Shown here piece after piece: positions 8,304 through 15,859 of a stretch of DNA of 32,000 nt (position 1 is its first letter; each line of letters starts with the position of its first letter). The position numbers were made by a program, and so were the translations under genes. The notes under the pieces were generated by a model, which saw only the letters and a program-made list of their open reading frames with translations, ran no database searches and was not told where the DNA came from. This DNA comes from Candidatus Saccharimonadota bacterium (GTDB lineage Bacteria > Pseudomonadota > Alphaproteobacteria > CAJXXZ01 > 1604HC): positions 270,001-302,000 of the forward strand of contig NZ_CP043315.1 of the NCBI RefSeq assembly GCF_008189285.1, in the 5' to 3' direction.

Positions 8304-11021
8304 ATGAAATATAAAAATAAATTTTTATTGTCATTAGTAGTGCTATTAAGCGCGGATTGTATGAAAGGTAATCTTGAAAATAATCATATTGCCAGAGATT
8401 TAATGGAACAACTTTCAAAGACACAAGCTATGAATGCAATGAAAGCACATCAAGAAACAATTGATTCTATTCTTTTCATTAACCAAGGAGATTATTACTT
8501 AATTCAAGATGGTCATATGTACAAAGTTGACGATAGTTTGAAAAGTTCTATTTATGCAGATGCTACAGTAGCAAAAATTTCAGATGAAGTAAAAGCAAAA
8601 ATTACTGCAGGAGCAGTGGTTAACAGCGATAAAGAAGTAATTGATTCTGTTTTTGAATTTGTTAACAAAAAATCAACAGATGCTAAAATGAATTTATCTA
8701 ATTTAATGAACACTTTGTTAGAAGATGGGCTTTCTTCTGAAGATGATTTATTTGTTAGAGTTATTTCTGGATCTGAATTAAGCAACAGTGATGCTAATGC
8801 ATCCATTGATAGCTTAAACGATATTGATGAAGAGCATAAAAGTGAATTAAAAACATCTGTGTTGGTATCTGGAAATATTGATTATAAAAATAAGCATGAA
8901 GCATTGATTAGTGCGCAAAAAGAATTAGCACAATTTGCTGAAGACAACAGTGTTGCATTAAAAACTGCAATGAATAAAGCTGAAGCTGCTAAAGAAGAAT
9001 TAATTGAAAATGCAAGCAAAATCAGCGCTACATCTCATGAGATAAAATTAGCAAAACTTTATGCAGAGCAATTGAATATTATGAAAACTTATAAAGAGAA
9101 GATTGAATCTGATCAACGTAAGCTTAATTCTAAAGAAAATTCTGTGTTAGAGCTTAAAAGTGGTTCAGAGCGTGAAGCTGAAGAATTTAATCAAATTATG
9201 AGAAATGCTGTAGAAGCTGTAAGTATGATCAAAGCAATGCATAATGAATTAGATTTCTGGAAAACAAATGTTGGAGGAAGTGGAAGCGATAACCAAACAG
9301 CTAGAATGACTAGTTTTTACAACAAACTAAATGCAATGACAAACTTAATAGAGGTGTCAGGAATAGTTTATGCTAAAAATAATAGTGGTGAGTTAAATAG
9401 TTATGATCAATACAAAACAATGATTGAAGATCAAGACTTTATTAGCAAGATGAGCTCGCTTTCCATTGAAGGAGATAGCAATCCTATTTCAAAAGCTATA
9501 TATAATTTGTTGCAAATGACCAATTCATTAATAAAGTACCATGCTGCTTTCAACAGATCTCAATCTTTAGAATTTTCAGATTCAATAATTGAATTAAGCA
9601 GAGATTATTATAGAACTAATAGCAATGGAGACAAAGAGATTGAAATTGGAACTTTTGAATACATTGGTATCATGAGAGATGCGCAAAATAAAGATTACAC
9701 TTCCCAAGAAAATGATGCAGAGCTTATAGATCATGTAGAAAAAGCAATAAAAGTAGGGGTATCTTACGAAGAATTATTGCCTAGCGATGCTCTTGTTAAA
9801 GTTGATGCTGCATATAGACATATCCTAGATTCTGATAACACAGCAAAAGAAATAGAACTTGATGCAAAATTGATTGAACAATTAATGTTTGATGCAAATC
9901 AAGTTGTTGTAATAATAGATAATGCAGAAGTAATAATTGATTACAGCGATCTAATGATTACAAATGATGAGAAAGAAGAATTTTCGTATTTCCAGTATTC
10001 ATATGAAAGCGATGATGAAAAAGTAGAGCTTGATGAGAAAATTAGAGCAATTTTGATTAAAAAGCTTAAAGAGCATGCTTTAAGATCGACAGAAATCATG
10101 AAAATTGAAGCAAAAGAGTCTTGGGTTTCTATGAATGATACTATGGGAACACTAAATCAAGCTATTAACAATAACCTTGAAAAATCTCAAGATGATGATG
10201 GAAAATATACAAATATAGCCATGTATTACATTGCTGAACTTTCTGGGTTTGATGGTTCTAATTATGAAGAATTAAATAATGCTGTTAAAGATCATTTGAC
10301 AAGTCTTGGCTATGATGGGATAAACAAACCACAAGACATAGGAATCAGATGGAATTTTATACTTGGTGATCTTTACAATGAAGACTTATTGAATGTTTAT
10401 AAAAATGCTGTAAATGTTAAAAAAGCTTTAGCTGCATTAAAAATTGAGAAAGAAAAAGAAGAGCCTAGCGCTGAATTGAAACAAGATATCGAAGGTAAAA
10501 AAATAGAAGCAGAAAAATATAGCAATGCATTGCATGATTTTGTATATACTCCTGAGCCAGGAAATGGAAATGATCTAAATATTCCTGAAATCTTATGGAG
10601 TGGAGAAGGCGCCGCTTCTAGCTCAGTTAGCATATCATCAGGAAATAGAACAAGAGCAGGTTCTGCTAGATCAATATTTGATGAATATGTAGGGTATGGA
10701 AGATTCCAAGAAGGAATTGACAATTCTCTAAAAACATTAACAAATCCATTCGCAGGCGCAGCTTATTCTGCAGAGAAAACTGTACATACAAACTCTTTGG
10801 ATGCTCTTAATGCTGCAATTACAGAATTGGAAGCAAAGTTTAATGAAATAAATATTGATTCTGATGCATACAAATTTGAACTAGAGAAAAGCGCTGAATT
10901 GCATGCAGAAATAGATGTTCTTAATGTTGAAGTTAGTGCAAAATATCAAGATCAAGAAGATAAAGTTGCTGGATTGCAATCAGAATTAGATGCAATTCGT
11001 GAACAAATTAAAAATGCATAA
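8304..11021 (+). CDS. hypothetical large acidic, coiled-coil-rich secreted or surface protein
   Basis: A 905-aa uninterrupted ORF in a very AT-rich background, with GGAGG 4 nt upstream of the ATG. The N-terminus MKYKNKFLLSLVVLLSADC looks like a signal peptide. I recognise no family motif. Confidence 0.8.
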   Translation: MKYKNKFLLSLVVLLSADCMKGNLENNHIARDLMEQLSKTQAMNAMKAHQETIDSILFINQGDYYLIQDGHMYKVDDSLKSSIYADATVAKISDEVKAKITAGAVVNSDKEVIDSVFEFVNKKSTDAKMNLSNLMNTLLEDGLSSEDDLFVRVISGSELSNSDANASIDSLNDIDEEHKSELKTSVLVSGNIDYKNKHEALISAQKELAQFAEDNSVALKTAMNKAEAAKEELIENASKISATSHEIKLAKLYAEQLNIMKTYKEKIESDQRKLNSKENSVLELKSGSEREAEEFNQIMRNAVEAVSMIKAMHNELDFWKTNVGGSGSDNQTARMTSFYNKLNAMTNLIEVSGIVYAKNNSGELNSYDQYKTMIEDQDFISKMSSLSIEGDSNPISKAIYNLLQMTNSLIKYHAAFNRSQSLEFSDSIIELSRDYYRTNSNGDKEIEIGTFEYIGIMRDAQNKDYTSQENDAELIDHVEKAIKVGVSYEELLPSDALVKVDAAYRHILDSDNTAKEIELDAKLIEQLMFDANQVVVIIDNAEVIIDYSDLMITNDEKEEFSYFQYSYESDDEKVELDEKIRAILIKKLKEHALRSTEIMKIEAKESWVSMNDTMGTLNQAINNNLEKSQDDDGKYTNIAMYYIAELSGFDGSNYEELNNAVKDHLTSLGYDGINKPQDIGIRWNFILGDLYNEDLLNVYKNAVNVKKALAALKIEKEKEEPSAELKQDIEGKKIEAEKYSNALHDFVYTPEPGNGNDLNIPEILWSGEGAASSSVSISSGNRTRAGSARSIFDEYVGYGRFQEGIDNSLKTLTNPFAGAAYSAEKTVHTNSLDALNAAITELEAKFNEINIDSDAYKFELEKSAELHAEIDVLNVEVSAKYQDQEDKVAGLQSELDAIREQIKNA

Positions 11022-11173
11022 TTTAGCAATCTAATTGTTTATATTAAGTATTGGTAATATTAATAATGAGCGTTAGAAATCTAACATTTATATAAAATTA
11101 CAAAAACACCTTAAAGAGCTTGTAGAAATGCAGTGCTTATGCAATGAATTGAAAAGCTATAAAGTATTATCAT

Positions 11174-11216
11174 TTTCTTTGCAAGTATTATTTAAAATTA
11201 AATCAAAGGAATGGTA
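11174..11216 (+). promoter_or_regulatory. conserved 5' module TTTCTTTGCAA-N9-AAAATTAA-...AAGGA upstream of the IQ-motif protein gene
   Basis: See the alignment in the findings. The similarity to the 543-aa gene continues into the first 26 nt of coding sequence (ATGAAATATATCT[T/A]TTTAAGCATTG). Confidence 0.4.
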
Positions 11217-14200
11217 ATGAAATATATCTTTTTAAGCATTGTTGTCTTATTAATCTCAAACTCTCATATTGTGGCAGATGAAATAAATGATGATGAAATA
11301 TCACAAAATAAAATTGTAGAAAAAATCTATAAAAGAAAAATAAAACCAACTATTTCTAAAAAGAACAGTATAAAAAAAAGAAAATCAAGAAAATCTAAAC
11401 TTAAAGCCACAAAAAGAAGCAGAATAACTGGATCTAAAAGGCGAAAATTACCCGCAAAAAGAAGAAAGTCCTCTGCATCAAAATTGACCAAAAGATCATC
11501 AAGAAAAAGAGTTAGATTAAGTAGGGCAAAATATCCAATTGCAAAAAAACTTAATAAGATTAACTCTGTAGCTGTAAAGATTTCATATGAAGATATATAT
11601 AAAAATGAAATTAGAAAATTACAAGAAAAAGAAAATGAAATTAGAAATAAATTAATTGCTAGTAAAAATAATCATATGCTAGAAATAAAACTTAACAAAG
11701 AATTGACTAGCCTGCATTTGAAAACGATGCATTACAAATTATTGTTAAACAAACCCAATGATATATCAATGCAAATAAAGCAATTATCAAGCATGCAAAT
11801 GGATATTAGAAACAAATTTGACAAAGAAAAAGATCAAGCACAGAAAGATAAGCTGAGAAAAGAATTGCATGCCATTAGTGTGAATATAAATCATTATAAA
11901 TCACTATTAAATAGAAATAGATCTATGAAATCTGATTCATTATCAAGAAGAGATATGTCCGTAGAAGTTAATTTCAGGCCAAAAATTAACGAACCAAAAA
12001 GCACTGAGGGCGCAACTATATTGATGACAAAAGAACAAACTATATCACGTCCTGAAGAAATTGCAATTATTGCCCCAAAAGATTCTGTTGCATTAATAGA
12101 ATCATCAAGTAAAATTGAAAATCCTGCTAGAGACTCAGTTGTTTTAAAAAATAGCGAGCAAACAATTGTTAATCCAAAGAAATTAGTTGAGCTTGAAAGC
12201 GCATCATCAACAATAACAAATAAAGAAGATAAAAAAGAAGCGATCACCTTAGTGGAAAAAGAAGAGTATATAAGTAGAGATGAGCATAAAAAAAAGACTG
12301 TTGAATTATCTGGACATATGCATGAGATTAAATCAGAACACACAAAGCCTAATTTGATTGAGAAGGGGTCGCAGTTAGCAATTCCTCAATTTAAGGAAGA
12401 GGTAAAACTATTTGCGAATGATAAATCAATTACATCTCCAATAAGGGAAGAGCAGAAAAAAATAATTGAAGAAGAAAAACAACAACAATCAGCAACAAAG
12501 ATTCAAGCTTTATTTAGAGGAAGAAGTGCTAGAAAAGCAACTGAAGTAAAGAAAGTTGCTGAAGCAGAAGAGAAAAAGCTAGAAGAAGCAAGATTGAGTG
12601 AAGAAGAAAATAGAAAATTAATTAAATCTGAAGAGAAAATAGATAGAGAAGAAGGAGAAAAAAAGATTCGACTTTTATTGGAAAAATTAGTTGAAATAAA
12701 AGATATAAGAGCTACAACAGACAAAAGAAAAGAAAGGAATAAAAAATCAGAAGAAGAAAAAGAAACAAGAAAAGAAGTTGAAATAGTAGAGAGAAAGGAA
12801 ATAGAAGAACTAAAAGCTAAAGAAGAAAGAGCAAGAAAAGAAGTAGAAGCAAGATTAGATACAGAAGAAAAAGCAGCAACAAAGATTCAAGCTTTATTTA
12901 GAGGAAGAAGTGTAAGAAAAGCAACTGAAAAAACAACCCCAAAAGATATTGAAAGGAATAGCTCATCTGCCCCTTTAACTCCAAGAAAATTAAGTTTTGA
13001 TTCCTCAGACGATAGATCTTCAAGAGCTGAATCAGTCGATCATACACCTGGGCATGAAGATAAAAGAATATCAAGAGGATCAGATAGATCAACGTTTTCT
13101 TCAGATTCAACTTCTTCAAAAGGTTCAAAAAGATCATTAACAAAAGAGGAAATTGCAAAAAAAAATCAAAGCGCGAAGGTTGAAATAAACAATAATATAG
13201 AAGGGCAAAGAAGAAATGAAGCAATAACAAGAAAAAAGAACAAAGATATAAATAATAGAAAAAAAATAAAAATAAAACAAAACAAAATTAGAGCTAATAA
13301 TAGAATTAAACAAAATAAATTAAGAAAAGAAAAAGATCTGAGATTGTTCGGAAGAAAAATAGCAGAAGAAACTAATAGAAAACAAAAAGAATTAGAGAAA
13401 ATTAGAAAAGATAAACTAGATATTAAGCGGCTCAGTGAAGAAGAAAGTCGCACAAGGTCTGAATTGCAAAAAGAAGAAAGTTCTGGAAGATTAATGATAA
13501 AAGATTCTAAAGATAAAAATACATGGAAAGAAATTGCATTAAGTGAGAGTGATAATAACACTGAAGGACATGAAAATGATGATGAAAGCATGATTTCTGA
13601 AGAAATAACTCAAATTGAAAAAACTCTTGATCAGTTGAATGGAGAAAAGAAATCTATAGAAAATGGCATAAGAGAGTTTAAAAATAAAGTTGTGTTAAAA
13701 AATAAAGAAAAAGCAGAGTTAGCAAAAGATTTAAAAAAATTAAATGAATTGAAGAAAAAATCAGAAGAAAAATCTAATGAAAAAACACTTCCATTTGGAA
13801 GAACAAATCTTCAAAAGCTTAATGAAGCAGTTAAAAAACATGGAGGGTCAAATGCTGTAATTTTAATTGCAAGCATTGGAGAAAAAATTACAAGTTTAGG
13901 AAACGAAATAGTAGAATTAGAAAAAAACAAAAAAAAGCATGAAGAGAAATTAATTGCAGTGGAGAATGAAATTAAATCTAAACAAAAAGAATTGCAAACA
14001 AAGAAAAGCTTGCTTGAAAGAATAAAAAATGCCTTTAAAGCAGCGAGATCAAAAGTTATCCCTAGTAAAAGCAAAAAAAATAACAATCGAAATGCAGGAT
14101 CATCTGTAATTCCTTATTATGATGAAAGTCGTGAGGTATATTTATTGGATCCACAAATAACTCCTTACACATCTGAAAGAAGAAAAAATAATGACACAAA

Positions 14201-14318
14201 ATCTAGATCACCTTCTGGAAGTAGGTCAAATTCATTAAACTCTCCTTCTAAGTCTTCTTCTGCCAAAAATAAAACTCCACCTAAGTCAAAATATGCACAT
14301 ACAATATATTCTTATTAA
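11217..14318 (+). CDS. hypothetical secreted, hyper-charged protein with two IQ motifs
   Basis: A long ORF (1035 aa from the ATG at 11211). I prefer the ATG at 11217 because MKYIFLSIVVLLIS... then aligns with the paralogous MKYIYLSIAALLIS... and sits 6 nt after AAGGA. The order is signal peptide, a K/R/S polybasic tract, coiled-coil-like segments, and IQxxxRGxxxR twice. Confidence 0.85.
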   Translation: MKYIFLSIVVLLISNSHIVADEINDDEISQNKIVEKIYKRKIKPTISKKNSIKKRKSRKSKLKATKRSRITGSKRRKLPAKRRKSSASKLTKRSSRKRVRLSRAKYPIAKKLNKINSVAVKISYEDIYKNEIRKLQEKENEIRNKLIASKNNHMLEIKLNKELTSLHLKTMHYKLLLNKPNDISMQIKQLSSMQMDIRNKFDKEKDQAQKDKLRKELHAISVNINHYKSLLNRNRSMKSDSLSRRDMSVEVNFRPKINEPKSTEGATILMTKEQTISRPEEIAIIAPKDSVALIESSSKIENPARDSVVLKNSEQTIVNPKKLVELESASSTITNKEDKKEAITLVEKEEYISRDEHKKKTVELSGHMHEIKSEHTKPNLIEKGSQLAIPQFKEEVKLFANDKSITSPIREEQKKIIEEEKQQQSATKIQALFRGRSARKATEVKKVAEAEEKKLEEARLSEEENRKLIKSEEKIDREEGEKKIRLLLEKLVEIKDIRATTDKRKERNKKSEEEKETRKEVEIVERKEIEELKAKEERARKEVEARLDTEEKAATKIQALFRGRSVRKATEKTTPKDIERNSSSAPLTPRKLSFDSSDDRSSRAESVDHTPGHEDKRISRGSDRSTFSSDSTSSKGSKRSLTKEEIAKKNQSAKVEINNNIEGQRRNEAITRKKNKDINNRKKIKIKQNKIRANNRIKQNKLRKEKDLRLFGRKIAEETNRKQKELEKIRKDKLDIKRLSEEESRTRSELQKEESSGRLMIKDSKDKNTWKEIALSESDNNTEGHENDDESMISEEITQIEKTLDQLNGEKKSIENGIREFKNKVVLKNKEKAELAKDLKKLNELKKKSEEKSNEKTLPFGRTNLQKLNEAVKKHGGSNAVILIASIGEKITSLGNEIVELEKNKKKHEEKLIAVENEIKSKQKELQTKKSLLERIKNAFKAARSKVIPSKSKKNNNRNAGSSVIPYYDESREVYLLDPQITPYTSERRKNNDTKSRSPSGSRSNSLNSPSKSSSAKNKTPPKSKYAHTIYSY
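12501..12533 (+). other. IQ motif 1 (IQALFRGRSAR) within the 1033-aa protein
   Basis: An exact fit to the IQxxxRGxxxR consensus. The context SATKIQALFRGRSARKATE resembles neuromodulin AATKIQASFRGHITRKK. Confidence 0.7.
12885..12917 (+). other. IQ motif 2 (IQALFRGRSVR) within the 1033-aa protein
   Basis: An exact fit to IQxxxRGxxxR in the context AATKIQALFRGRSVRKATE. The DNA patch 12876..12929 is 52/54 identical to 12492..12545. Confidence 0.7.
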
Positions 14319-14411
14319 CTTGATTAATTATTATCCGTGATGAGGGAGAATAAAGTGAAAATTCCAAGGACAGCTCTTTTGTTTATTAGTTAAGCAAACT
14401 ATAATGTGCGC

Positions 14412-14996
14412 ATGAAGATATTCATAATTTTTGCTTTATGTATGTCTATTTCTGGGAAAAGTCTTTCTCAAGAATCGCATATTGTTTTTCTTGGTAAAAT
14501 TTTAGATTACCATTCGGATCATGATGAAATAAACTTGATTAATCAAAGAAATATTTCTCTGAATAAACTGAGGTTAGATTTTCCGCTTTTTGATTTATTT
14601 ATTTCTCAGAAAAATAAAACTTCTTTTGCAAAATGGTTTTATCATTTTTGCTCTTTGTCTATTATGAATTCGAGTAGAAAAAAACAAATGCAAGAAATTT
14701 ATAGCCTTATTAATATTTCTGTTGATGGATTTATTAATGGGGTCATGCAATTAAACTCTATTGATTGTAGCACTTTGTCAGATAATGCAAAAAATTGGAT
14801 TGATAGAGCGCAATTATGGATTAAAGCTTACAAAAAATTCGAAAAATCATATCAAGATAAATCTGGAAAGTTATATCAAAATAATAATCACGATATAACT
14901 AGAAAAATAAGTGAAAAGTCTTTTAAAAATAAATTTGAACAAAAAACAAATGAAAAGCTTGATGAGAAAAATTCTAAGAAAGTGGATGAAATATGA
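14412..14996 (+). CDS. hypothetical exported or membrane-anchored protein (possible reduced HemX/Mic60-like)
   Basis: The ORF has a hydrophobic N-terminus, MKIFIIFALCMSISGKSLSQ. Its stop overlaps the next gene's start (ATGA). The C-terminal ...LSDNAKNWIDRAQLWIKAYKKFEK resembles the end of mitofilin/HemX-type domains, but the match is weak. I prefer the ATG at 14412 over the track's GTG at 14406. Confidence 0.6.
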   Translation: MKIFIIFALCMSISGKSLSQESHIVFLGKILDYHSDHDEINLINQRNISLNKLRLDFPLFDLFISQKNKTSFAKWFYHFCSLSIMNSSRKKQMQEIYSLINISVDGFINGVMQLNSIDCSTLSDNAKNWIDRAQLWIKAYKKFEKSYQDKSGKLYQNNNHDITRKISEKSFKNKFEQKTNEKLDEKNSKKVDEI

Positions 14997-15733
14997 TTTT
15001 TAAAATAATATCTATAATATTGATTGTAATTACAATTAAAATATTTGATTTTATACCAATTCACATTAAAGTAGGAGATCTGAATTATAAATGCAATTTT
15101 TCTATCATAATTTTATTTGCGATGATGCTTTCTTGGATTATTTATTATTTTTGCAATTTAAAATATTGTATAAAATCCCACTGCAATAAATCTAAGCAAA
15201 GCAAGATGGAAAAACAAGAAATTGAAACAAATAAGAAAATAATTCAACAATCAATTGAAAATGTTTGCAAGATTTGTTTAAGCAATTATAATGATTTAAA
15301 TGGCCTAATAAGCGAAAATGATAAAAATGATAAAATTAATGAAGTTGAAAAAAGTTGCGCTCATAATAGAAGCATTTTAATTGATATGATTGATATGATT
15401 TGCAATGTTAATTTTCATAGTGCGAAAAATCTTGACTTATATATAAACGATAAATTATTTGAATTTATAGAAAAATCATATGAGTATTTAAGAAATAACA
15501 ATTACATTAAAGCGCAGGAAAGTTTAGAAAATTTGTATGATCATGTAAAAATATCGCCAAAAATTCATAATTATAAGTGCATTTATGAGAATTTATATGT
15601 TTGTTATATAGAAAATAAAGAATATGATAAATGTCAAAATATGTTAGATGATTTATATAAACGAAATGCAATTAATAAGGATCAATATGATGAAAAATGC
15701 AGAGGAATACTGAAGTATGGGAAAATTATATAA
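14993..15733 (+). CDS. hypothetical membrane protein, HemY_N-like N-terminus with a helical (TPR-like) C-terminus
   Basis: Two N-terminal hydrophobic helices flank IHIKVGDLNYKCNFS, compared with E. coli HemY VLIQTDNYNIETSV between its two TM helices. The C-terminal half is helical, with TPR-like Y/L/N spacing. Confidence 0.6.
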   Translation: MIFKIISIILIVITIKIFDFIPIHIKVGDLNYKCNFSIIILFAMMLSWIIYYFCNLKYCIKSHCNKSKQSKMEKQEIETNKKIIQQSIENVCKICLSNYNDLNGLISENDKNDKINEVEKSCAHNRSILIDMIDMICNVNFHSAKNLDLYINDKLFEFIEKSYEYLRNNNYIKAQESLENLYDHVKISPKIHNYKCIYENLYVCYIENKEYDKCQNMLDDLYKRNAINKDQYDEKCRGILKYGKII

Positions 15734-15859
15734 TAAGTCTAAATGCTAATCATGCTGTACAAAATATGCGAAATATGAAAAAATAATTTATTAGAAATCT
15801 TGTTATAAGATTTACTTGTAGGCTATTTTGTGTTCTAATTTACTTATTAAGGAGATTTT

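Noticed and set aside
8304-8366. Lipoprotein lipobox in the 905-aa protein (LLSADC)
   Set aside because: Asp at position -1 relative to the Cys does not fit the [LVI][ASTVI][GAS]C lipobox. I call it only a generic signal peptide.
8552-10723. Minus-strand ORFs 8552..8806 and 10397..10723
   Set aside because: They are antisense to the 905-aa ORF, encode Ser/Leu/Phe-rich low-complexity products, and have no SD.
14010-14057. A possible second WH2 motif in the 1033-aa protein (SLLERIKNAFKAARSKV)
   Set aside because: The LLxxI helix start is present, but the Gly and the LKKV core are missing (AARSKV). It is too degenerate to call.
11894-14086. Minus-strand ORFs 11894..12343, 12503..12724, 12898..13230, 13166..13591 and 13811..14086
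   Set aside because: They are antisense to the purine-rich (AAG/GAA) sense strand of the 1033-aa gene. The antisense strand of such sequence is naturally stop-poor (Phe/Leu/Ser-rich), so these are not independent genes.
14400-14414. TATAAT at 14400..14405 immediately before the ATG at 14412, suggesting a leaderless mRNA
   Set aside because: TATAAT arises by chance very often at this base composition, and there is no acceptable -35 (TTTTGT at the 17-nt position).
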